Part shown: positions 34,857 through 41,683 of the stretch, piece by piece
Position numbering within the stretch: position 1 is the first letter of the stretch
How the letters are laid out: each line of letters begins with the position of its first letter
Source: a virus
Lineage: Duplodnaviria > Caudoviricetes
Direction: 5' to 3' (one strand)
DNA length: 41,683 nucleotides
Virus record (IMG/VR): IMGVR_UViG_3300045285_000066
Span: 1-41,683 of that record
Made by a program: the position numbers and the translations under genes
Notes under the pieces: model-generated
Told to the model about the DNA's origin: nothing
What the model saw: only the letters and a program-made list of their open reading frames with translations
Databases searched by the model: none

Positions 34857-36190
34857 GATCCGGCCCCCTCGCCATCGAGGCTCTTGCTCGATGCATCGCG
34901 CTGCGCGAGGGCGGTGAGCTTCGTGTGCGCGCGAGAGAGCCACAAGGCAGCGCACGCGTACGCCATGATCGCTGCCTCGTTGCGCTTCGGCTGCGCGCGT
35001 GCGTTGTTAGCGAGCCTTTCCGTGAAGAGGTACTCGGACCAGACATGGCGTGCCGCGTCCGCGTAGGCGTCCGAGGCGGCGCGGGCGCGATTTGATTCGC
35101 TCATGTCGAGTGCGATTCGACACGCGCTCAAGTCCACCATCGCCATGTCGCGCGCCGCGCACGCTTCGTCCCGCTCCTCGACGAGACCGGCGAGCTCGCG
35201 TTCCAGGCGGTACACCTCCTTGCGGAGGCCGATCTTCTCGTCGGCACTACGGCCGGTCCCCCCGCAGATGCACGGGTGCGGCGAGATCGGGTCGCCGACG
35301 CAGGTGTCGCACTTGTACGCGCGGTCGAGCTCGCGCTGGATCGCGTCCCGCTCGCTCCGGGCTTCGTCGAGCAGGCGCAGCAGCACCACCGGCTCGCCGC
35401 CGTGCCGCGAGATCAGCGCATCGTGGTAGCGGTTGCGCTCCTCGGCGAGGCGGCCGAAGCGGGCGCGAGCGCACTGGGCGACGTAGGCCGCGCTCGTCGT
35501 GTCGCCACCCGCGAGCACGTCTTGCGCGAAGCGCTCGAACTCGTCTGGCTCTCCAACGCTGCCGCCAGTTGTGCAGCTATGCACGGACTGCGCAGAGGCA
35601 GCCGGAAGCGCGCTCGTCACGACGACGCGCGGCGTGCCGTCGTCGCCGCGCGTCGAGTAGCCCACCGGGGGCGCGCTCGGCCGGTTCATTGCGGAGATGG
35701 CCGCGTCCTCGCGCGCTTCTTGGGCCTCATCGCCACGGTTCAGCAGCTCGCACATGCTCTCGGCGTTCAGCTCGTTCCGCTGCGAGCCTTCGATGAGATG
35801 AAGGATGGTCCACCAGACGCCAACATCGGTGAGGCGCTCGATTGCGACTGCGTTTCCGTTGTCGTTACGGCGCACGCGATAGACAACCGGAGGCGACGAG
35901 GGAGCCGTGCGCGCATCTCCAGAGGACGCGTCGGTGTCCTTTCGCTCTGGAGGCGAACCCGCCCCCGGTTGTTCTTCCTGCGCGGCGAAGCGGAGGAGTC
36001 CGCGGCGGGCCATCAGCTCCGGCCACGTCGCATCCGTCACGATCGACCTGTGCCACGAATCCCAAGCTCCCTCGAGTGCCCAGCGCATCCCAGCGACGAC
36101 GGCACGCACATCCTCGGGGTACGGCTTGTCGTCGCCGGTGTGCTCGCGCAGCAGCTCCTTGGCCTTGCGGGTCAGCTCGTCCATGCTCAT
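34853..36190 (-). CDS. Mosaic hypothetical protein with coiled coils and a CxxC...CxCGGTG zinc motif
   Basis: 445 aa, SD GAGG; patchwork of short modules typical of phage early regions. Confidence 0.6.
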   Translation of the reverse strand: MSMDELTRKAKELLREHTGDDKPYPEDVRAVVAGMRWALEGAWDSWHRSIVTDATWPELMARRGLLRFAAQEEQPGAGSPPERKDTDASSGDARTAPSSPPVVYRVRRNDNGNAVAIERLTDVGVWWTILHLIEGSQRNELNAESMCELLNRGDEAQEAREDAAISAMNRPSAPPVGYSTRGDDGTPRVVVTSALPAASAQSVHSCTTGGSVGEPDEFERFAQDVLAGGDTTSAAYVAQCARARFGRLAEERNRYHDALISRHGGEPVVLLRLLDEARSERDAIQRELDRAYKCDTCVGDPISPHPCICGGTGRSADEKIGLRKEVYRLERELAGLVEERDEACAARDMAMVDLSACRIALDMSESNRARAASDAYADAARHVWSEYLFTERLANNARAQPKRNEAAIMAYACAALWLSRAHTKLTALAQRDASSKSLDGEGAGS

Positions 36191-36205
36191 CCTCGTGTGT
36201 AGTTA

Positions 36206-36322
36206 GCCGGGCGGACAGAGGCTGCACTCGCTCGCAAACAGAGCGCAGAAAGTTATGTGCTGGCGGAGCCAGCACAGCCTGTGCAAGGGGTCTTCCCTTG
36301 CACATTCCCGCGTCCGCCCGGC
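36206..36322. ncRNA. Candidate structured RNA (closing stem plus three hairpins)
   Basis: Perfect 11-bp closing stem and 10-, 9- and 5-bp internal hairpins fill the intergenic gap. Confidence 0.55.
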
Positions 36323-36332
36323 CGTTCAGGTG

Positions 36333-36803
36333 TCAGGTGTGGCCGCGTTTGCCGGGCAGTGTGTTCACGTCATCTCCAGGGGATCCTGGGGTGCCGCCGA
36401 TGTTGCCAGCAGGCGCGGCGCGCTTGCCGTTGCCCTTCGACTTGGGCTTCTTCGTCTTCTTTCCAGGCACCCAGACGCCGTGCGAGTTCTTCTTCCACGC
36501 ACGTCCGCCGCTGATCGTGTACTCGTCACCGCCGGGCGTGGTCATCTTGCCTGAGCTCAGCGCGGTCGGGTCGCTCGCGGTCGAGCTTGGGCCAGCGGTT
36601 CCGGCCTCGGGGCTGGAGAAGCCGCTCGCGTCCGTCACCGTGGTGTCCACCTTGGTCGAGTCGTTCGGGTTCTGCGTCACGTCGAAGTGGACGATGGAGG
36701 ACCCGAAGGAGTAGTAGGAATCGTCCGGCACCTCGCCTCCGGCCGAGATCGGGGTTGCGTACAGCAGGGCGGCAGCGAAGAGCAGGGGCATGAGCTTGAG
36801 CAT
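36333..36803 (-). CDS. Secreted protein with signal peptide
   Basis: MLKLMPLLFAAALLYATPISA/G; S/T/G-rich body and basic tail. Confidence 0.65.
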   Translation of the reverse strand: MLKLMPLLFAAALLYATPISAGGEVPDDSYYSFGSSIVHFDVTQNPNDSTKVDTTVTDASGFSSPEAGTAGPSSTASDPTALSSGKMTTPGGDEYTISGGRAWKKNSHGVWVPGKKTKKPKSKGNGKRAAPAGNIGGTPGSPGDDVNTLPGKRGHT

Positions 36804-37240
36804 GGGTTTCCTATTGCTTCGCCGGAGGCGATATGCCTTCGGTGTTCACCTGTGCGGCCTCGCCGCGAGCGGCGCTAAGCTGCGCGATTCTGGCGCGGTC
36901 CGGGTGTCGATAGTTCATGATCCACTCTGGGGTTCGCACGAGCTTCTTATCGTAGGTGAGTCGCACGCTCACGCCATTGAAGTGCTGCTGGCGCGACCAG
37001 TCCCACGTCGCATCCCACTCTTCCAGGAGCGCCGCCATCTTCGCCTGCCACTCATCTGGCATCTCATGCATGAAGACGCGAGGCAGGACCGCGAAGCTCG
37101 CGTAGGACAGCTCGAACCATAGCCAGAGCGCTTGGCGTCCTTCGTGCTCAGTCATGGCTCTCTCCAGGGGGCACTTTGCCCTCGGTGTTCGGCGCCACAA
37201 CAACAAGCATGAGCTTCATGGGTTTCCTTTGCTTCGCCGG
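36788..37240. repeat. Imperfect ~34-38 bp direct repeats flanking gene 36811..37155
   Basis: gcatgagctt(gag)catgggtttcct(a)ttgcttcgccgg at 36788..36825 and 37207..37240. Confidence 0.75.
36811..37155 (-). CDS. Conserved hypothetical phage protein
   Basis: WFELSYASFAVLPRVFMHEMPDEWQAKMAALLEE; SD GGAGAG before the ATG at 37155. Confidence 0.7.
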   Translation of the reverse strand: MTEHEGRQALWLWFELSYASFAVLPRVFMHEMPDEWQAKMAALLEEWDATWDWSRQQHFNGVSVRLTYDKKLVRTPEWIMNYRHPDRARIAQLSAARGEAAQVNTEGISPPAKQ

Positions 37241-37270
37241 GAGCCACTACGGCTCTCGGTGTACTTGTCC

Positions 37271-38038
37271 TTACTCGCTCCACCTCTGCCAAGCGCGCCA
37301 CAGTAGCGACCAGCTGTGATATTTTGATCTGGCGTCCAGGGTACCCATGAGCAGCTCCCAGGAGCGCAGGTACTGCGTCTCGGCGGTGCGTAGGGCAGTG
37401 CCGTAGTCGATGCTCCTGCGATCCTCAGGCAGCATCTGGAGCTCGCGGTAGACCATCTCCTGCGCGCAGGCAGCCTCCAGCGCGCACTTGACCATCGGGT
37501 CATTGACGGCGCTGTCGATATCTGCCCTCGTGGGAAGCCCGCCGAGCAACGTCACCCAGGAGTCTGGCCCGCGGAAGCCCATGTCGTCGTCGATGGGCAA
37601 CAGCGCGCGCGCATCGTCCACGGAGAGCCTGAGGAAGTCCGGGCTGTTCCACAGGTCGATGGTCGATGCTGCCAGGCCGTCAGCAGTGGGCTGCATCTCG
37701 TCGCTGAAGTCGGCGAAGGTGGCGGCCTCATTGAAGCCGTCATGGCCGACAGGCTGGAGAGAGCCAACAGCATCCGTCTGAGTGCTCTCGGTCCCCTTTG
37801 GGCGTGCTGCTCTCGGCGTCTGCTGTTGGCTGGAAAAACTGGTGCCGGCCGCATCGTCAATCCCGTCCCGAGTGGTAGGACACCCTGTAGGAGAGGCGGT
37901 AATGGGGGAGTGAGGAGCAACACCACGCGCCTCAACGCGACCGGCACCAGAACTGTTTATCAGAAGTCTGCCAAGGAAACATCCTAAGCAGAAGCAGAGG
38001 GCGTACACCGCAACATTCTGCTTGTTCATTTGTAGCAC
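37271..38038 (-). CDS. Membrane-anchored hypothetical protein
   Basis: N-terminal TM VAVYALCFCLGCFLG. Confidence 0.55.
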   Translation of the reverse strand: MLQMNKQNVAVYALCFCLGCFLGRLLINSSGAGRVEARGVAPHSPITASPTGCPTTRDGIDDAAGTSFSSQQQTPRAARPKGTESTQTDAVGSLQPVGHDGFNEAATFADFSDEMQPTADGLAASTIDLWNSPDFLRLSVDDARALLPIDDDMGFRGPDSWVTLLGGLPTRADIDSAVNDPMVKCALEAACAQEMVYRELQMLPEDRRSIDYGTALRTAETQYLRSWELLMGTLDARSKYHSWSLLWRAWQRWSE

Positions 38039-38439
38039 TATCCTCTCTGTTGGCCGATGCTCCGCAACAGGCCAAGCGCTGTCTCAACATCCTCTAGCGT
38101 AGCCTCCCTGAACGTTTCCCATGCGAACATAACACTAGAAGTGCAGCCTCTGTTCTTGTACCAGCCCATGACGATGTAGCCGCCACCTTCGCTTCCTTCT
38201 TCTGTATCCCTAATTGGAACAGCGACCACCCCAATAGAGATGTCCCCGTTGCGACAGACGTAGCGTCCCAAAATATGCTTTTCTTCTGCGTAGCAACGCA
38301 ATCTGTTTAGGGAAGCGCATTGCCAATTTTTTGTGTCGAATGAGCCGTCATGTTTGAATCCGCAATGCGGATCGCTTGAGAAGTTAGCCGGACGCCCAGC
38401 GCCATACAAATCTTTGCACATCTTGCAGTTTAGCTCCAT
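38038..38439 (-). CDS. Cys-containing hypothetical protein
   Basis: CKMC...CGF...NWQCASL; AT-richer codon usage. Confidence 0.6.
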   Translation of the reverse strand: MELNCKMCKDLYGAGRPANFSSDPHCGFKHDGSFDTKNWQCASLNRLRCYAEEKHILGRYVCRNGDISIGVVAVPIRDTEEGSEGGGYIVMGWYKNRGCTSSVMFAWETFREATLEDVETALGLLRSIGQQRG

Positions 38440-38576
38440 CTTGTCTTCGTCCCTTCTTCATAGCGGGCTGCGTGATGTGCTCGTGCTCGAAGTGCGGCAA
38501 CCGTAAGTCGTCCACCGACACATACGCCTAATAGAAAAAAGAATACAGCGTAGAATATAAATCCTGTCAGTGTCAT
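38430..38576 (-). CDS. Small membrane protein
   Basis: MTLTGFIFYAVFFFLLGVCVGG; ATGA coupling. Confidence 0.5.
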   Translation of the reverse strand: MTLTGFIFYAVFFFLLGVCVGGRLTVAALRARAHHAARYEEGTKTRWS

Positions 38577-39334
38577 TTGTAGCACCCTCCGCGCTCCTGC
38601 CCCACGGAGCAGTATGGGTGTTTGCACTTCCAGCTCTTCTGTCCCTTGACCAAGGGTAGCTCTGGGTAGCTGGTAGGGTCGAGTGTGCCTTGCGCATGAC
38701 GGATAAGGATACCTTCAACCTCGCGTAGGCGGGTCTGATACCGCTCTTCCAGCTCTTCCGTCCATGGCACCTCCAGCTCGATGAGCTGGCCGCCCTTGAC
38801 GCCCTTCCTGGCGTCCGAGTCCTTGGCCTCGTAGACGATGAAGGATCGGATGGTCTCCGGGCGCTTGGTGGGCTTTGTGTGTTCGTCGTAGTCACCAGCC
38901 AGCGAGTACACATTTGCCTCTGCGATGCCATCCCGGTACGCGTGCACCTGGAGCTTGTAGTCCTCGCTCACGCCTTCGCTGGACAGCAAGCCAGCGCCGT
39001 AGCTGCCCACGGTCTTGAAGTCCACCAGGGTACGCAGGCTCGGGATCCATAGGTCTGCCGTGCCTGTGAGGGTGAACTTCCCTGCGGGCAGGCGCACGGG
39101 CACCTGAGAGCGTGCGTCGGGCCAGATCTGTTTGGAAGCAGCTTCCAGGGCTTCGCCGCGCTGGTGGCCGAGCTCGAATGTGCGGCGGGTCTCGGGTGAG
39201 AGCGGGAAAGGCTCCATGCCCACCTGGAGCCAGGCCAGCTTGCGCAGACAATCGCCGAGGCTAGAGGGCGAGATGCGGAACTCGCGTTCCTCTTTCTGCT
39301 CGGCGTACCAGGCGTCTATGGCGTCAGCTATCAC
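38573..39334 (-). CDS. Cas4-like PD-(D/E)XK exonuclease
   Basis: ISPSSLGDCLRK, GTAD, LVDFKT, QVHAY and C-terminal C...C...C (four-Cys Fe-S pattern). Confidence 0.85.
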   Translation of the reverse strand: MIADAIDAWYAEQKEEREFRISPSSLGDCLRKLAWLQVGMEPFPLSPETRRTFELGHQRGEALEAASKQIWPDARSQVPVRLPAGKFTLTGTADLWIPSLRTLVDFKTVGSYGAGLLSSEGVSEDYKLQVHAYRDGIAEANVYSLAGDYDEHTKPTKRPETIRSFIVYEAKDSDARKGVKGGQLIELEVPWTEELEERYQTRLREVEGILIRHAQGTLDPTSYPELPLVKGQKSWKCKHPYCSVGQERGGCYK

Positions 39335-39768
39335 TTCGATTTGCCCTCCATGTATCTCCTCTGCGCCATCGCCCTACATTTACGGCACAAGCGATGCCGT
39401 CCACTTAGATATGTGTTGCTGTCATCCAGCGCGTGTCCCCTCCAGCAGGATTCAGCGGATGCACGACGAGCGGCCGAGATCGGCACTCCGATTCTCCACC
39501 CTTGGTCGCCATTGAAGCCCACAGGCACCACCTGTAGGTGGTCTCTACGGACACATTTGCGGTTATGGCACATGTGGTCTATCTCCTTGCCGGAGATGTC
39601 CATCTCGTATATGTACTCGGCAGCAATCCTATGCGCTAGTCTGCACCGTCCTTTGAAGTTGAATATACCGTAACCATTGTCGGTTGCGCCTAGCCATTCC
39701 CAGCATGATGAATCAACGCGGTTGACCTTCTCCATGAAGCGATCCAGTAGCGGCCGTTCTGCGATCAC
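39331..39768 (-). CDS. HNH homing endonuclease (same family as 3..506)
   Basis: CWEWLGA..NGYG...AHR...IDHMCHNRKCVRRDHL and CWRGH...RLCRKC motifs. Confidence 0.9.
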   Translation of the reverse strand: MIAERPLLDRFMEKVNRVDSSCWEWLGATDNGYGIFNFKGRCRLAHRIAAEYIYEMDISGKEIDHMCHNRKCVRRDHLQVVPVGFNGDQGWRIGVPISAARRASAESCWRGHALDDSNTYLSGRHRLCRKCRAMAQRRYMEGKSK

Positions 39769-39962
39769 TTTGGCTCCTCTTTTGTCTTCAGAGCATCGAG
39801 CGCCGCCTGCGTAGCCTCATCACGCCGCAAGCGATCCAGCACCTCGCGCAGGCGTTGCTGCACGCGATGGCAGACCTCTGCCGAGACGCGCAGCGCTGCA
39901 TCCTCAGCGGCGAGATTCTCGATCTCACGCTCCAGGCGTTGCTTGGCGTGGTCGTAGCTCAA
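39765..39962 (-). CDS. Small coiled-coil hypothetical protein
   Basis: Coupled by TTGA/GTGA overlaps. Confidence 0.55.
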   Translation of the reverse strand: MSYDHAKQRLEREIENLAAEDAALRVSAEVCHRVQQRLREVLDRLRRDEATQAALDALKTKEEPK

Positions 39963-40207
39963 TCCGGATCCAGTGGCTCTTTGAGAGCCGCGATGAGTTT
40001 GGCTGCCACCTGCGAGAAGTGGCTCTGTTCGTCGTAGCTCTCGGCCAGCACCTTGACGAAGCGCACGCGTATCTGACGCTCCTGGTAGGGCTCCAGGCTC
40101 ACGACCGGGGCGGAGCGGTAACCTTCCTCACGTTCAAGCTCAGCGCTTGAACGGTCCGCGCAAGGGCGGCCCTTGCCTTGCACGTCGCGTTCTTGATCTT
40201 CGGTCAC
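39959..40207 (-). CDS. Hypothetical protein
   Basis: Four-nt overlaps with both neighbours. Confidence 0.5.
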   Translation of the reverse strand: MTEDQERDVQGKGRPCADRSSAELEREEGYRSAPVVSLEPYQERQIRVRFVKVLAESYDEQSHFSQVAAKLIAALKEPLDPD

Positions 40208-40488
40208 AGCTTTGCCTTTCCGTTGAGCTCAACCTGGCGTACCCAGTAACGAACGCACGTCTCTTCTCTGCCGCAATCCACGAGCGACTTGCGATGCTTC
40301 CTCTCGTGGATGCGTCTGGCGGCCTCGGCCAGGTCTGGCGCTGAGTACACGCCTAGCGGGAAGTCGTTGAGACCGAGGATGTAGACGGTCGGCGCTTGGG
40401 GCCTCGCTGCCTGTTCTCTCTCGTCCACCTGAGGCCGTTCGGCCATCTCGTCACTCTGGTTCCTACCCATCTCTGGATCCTGCCTCAC
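40204..40488 (-). CDS. Hypothetical protein (start uncertain)
   Basis: VYILG...LGVYSAPDLAEAA motif of small phage early proteins. Confidence 0.5.
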   Translation of the reverse strand: MRQDPEMGRNQSDEMAERPQVDEREQAARPQAPTVYILGLNDFPLGVYSAPDLAEAARRIHERKHRKSLVDCGREETCVRYWVRQVELNGKAKL

Positions 40489-40606
40489 CCGATAAGCTTC
40501 CGCAAGGTCTCTTCTTGGGTTTCTTTCCCAGTGTCCAGGCGATGAAGGCCAGGAGTAGCGCCAGAGGCGCGGACAGCAGCCAGCAGGCGAGGAGAGCCCA
40601 GATCAT
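40463..40606 (-). CDS. 47-aa membrane peptide (below the ORF-track cut-off)
   Basis: MIWALLACWLLSAPLALLLAFIAWTLGKKPKKR...; fills the gap between adjacent ORFs. Confidence 0.45.
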   Translation of the reverse strand: MIWALLACWLLSAPLALLLAFIAWTLGKKPKKRPCGSLSGEAGSRDG

Positions 40607-40609
40607 GGG

Positions 40610-40885
40610 TCAATGGTTTGCGGCGAATCCGCCGGCCCACGACCCAGACTCCAGGCCATCGTGCAGTGGCTCACCATGCTCTCGGCAGTACGGCCCACAG
40701 TCGTCGCACAGCGTCACACGGCAGCCGCTCTCAGCGCAGTACGTCAGCGGTCCCCACTCGGTGCATTCCGAGCACTCTTGTTGCTTGGCGCAGTCCAGGC
40801 AGAGCCGGTGCTCTGGCCCCCACTCGCCGACGCCCTGCTGGCATATGGTGCAGGAGTAGCGGGTTTCTGAGTCCGGGTCGCTCAC
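40610..40885 (-). CDS. Cys-rich zinc-binding hypothetical protein
   Basis: Multiple CxxC pairs. Confidence 0.55.
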   Translation of the reverse strand: MSDPDSETRYSCTICQQGVGEWGPEHRLCLDCAKQQECSECTEWGPLTYCAESGCRVTLCDDCGPYCREHGEPLHDGLESGSWAGGFAANH

Positions 40886-41103
40886 GGCTCTACCGCGTCG
40901 TCAGGCACCCACAGGTAGCGGTGCGCCAGGTCATGCGCCAAGATCTTGTCATCGCCGGCCAAGCCAGCCACGAATCGTACGGCGTATCGGTACCCAGGTA
41001 TTGTTCCGCCGACATGCACGAGCTCGGTTCCGGCCGACACCTTGACGGTGCGCTCGATCGTGCCTGGGCTCATCGACAGTTCTAGGTCTCGCGAGGTCTT
41101 CAC
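40882..41103 (-). CDS. Hypothetical protein
   Basis: GTGA coupling on both sides. Confidence 0.5.
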   Translation of the reverse strand: MKTSRDLELSMSPGTIERTVKVSAGTELVHVGGTIPGYRYAVRFVAGLAGDDKILAHDLAHRYLWVPDDAVEP

Positions 41104-41471
41104 GGCACACCGATCTCTCTGCCTTGCGGCGTCTTGAGCTTGAGCACACAGCCGCGGGGATCGCCCTGGAGCTCGCACTTCCAGCCAGGCAGGAACTCGG
41201 CGACCATCGCCACGGCCTTGCGGTCGGCATGGCAAGAGATGCACAGGCCGTCCTTCCTGAGGCCAGGAGGGTGCCACAGTGCGTCACACTCCGCGCAGAG
41301 CTTCGAGCCAGGGTTGCCGTTGTCTGCCGGGTAGTCCCCGTTGCACTGGGCCTCTGCTAGGCGCTGCATGGTGGCCGCTACGCGCATGAACTTGCGCGCC
41401 ACGTCCACGCTCACGCCCTCTCGGCCCATGACCGAGAGGAACTCGTCTCTCCAGCGTTGAGGGCGGTTCAT
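41100..41471 (-). CDS. Conserved hypothetical phage protein
   Basis: RLAEAQCNG...QGDPRGCVLKL motif. Confidence 0.65.
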   Translation of the reverse strand: MNRPQRWRDEFLSVMGREGVSVDVARKFMRVAATMQRLAEAQCNGDYPADNGNPGSKLCAECDALWHPPGLRKDGLCISCHADRKAVAMVAEFLPGWKCELQGDPRGCVLKLKTPQGREIGVP

Positions 41472-41656
41472 TAGCCACCGCCTTCCGAGTCGAGCAGGCC
41501 GGCCTTGTTCGCTTCACTCTCTGCGGGTGTCTCCTGCCCGTTGGGCAGTAGACCGAGAGAGCGGGCGGCGGCTCGCAATCCGCCCACCGTTCCCTTGTTG
41601 ATTAGATGCTGAGGCACGCCTACCGTTGCGTCGTTCAGCGTCAGGATCTCCAGCAC
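41471..41656 (-). CDS. Hypothetical protein (may extend upstream)
   Basis: TAATG coupling to the next gene. Confidence 0.4.
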   Translation of the reverse strand: MLEILTLNDATVGVPQHLINKGTVGGLRAAARSLGLLPNGQETPAESEANKAGLLDSEGGG

Positions 41657-41683
41657 CCTTGCGCCGAGCTGGGCGAGCGCTAG

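Noticed and set aside
36206-36322. tRNA or known self-cleaving ribozyme
   Set aside because: No D or TpsiC loops and no CCA; I could not match hammerhead, hairpin or twister cores convincingly.
1-41683. Integrated prophage with att sites, or complete genome with terminal repeats
   Set aside because: No integrase, host genes or matching ends are visible; the first gene is truncated and the terminase is absent.

Overview
A ~41.7 kb stretch of a GC-rich, podovirus-like (P22/T7-style head-tail) phage genome, cut at both ends. I recognised no terminase, integrase, DNA polymerase or endolysin inside the window. The + strand carries the virion operon: portal, scaffold, major capsid, decoration, adaptor, large tail-nozzle protein, ejection proteins and four small membrane genes (2-22 kb), then a second tail/appendage block (25.8-32.6 kb) and a zinc-ribbon/sigma-factor fusion. 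The virion genes are interleaved with surface-chemistry enzymes (two glycosyltransferase-like paralogs, a methyltransferase, a sulfotransferase and a sulfatase) and HNH homing endonucleases (four in the window). A - strand early arm occupies 33.7-41.7 kb. The standout is a - strand island at 22.0-25.75 kb. A sigma70-type promoter precedes a Cas7/RAMP-like gene, a conserved partner gene and a non-coding array of 8 units. Each unit is a GACG anchor plus 8-13 pentamers made of a semi-constant triplet and a variable dinucleotide. Reading only the dinucleotides as codon positions 1-2, one unit spells a tyrosine-integrase catalytic motif (xLDFHALRTTFVT) and another spells NPGGPGNP(H/Q). This suggests an RNA-guided, wobble-skipping system aimed at rival mobile elements. 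All protein calls rest on motif recognition by eye; no database searches were run.
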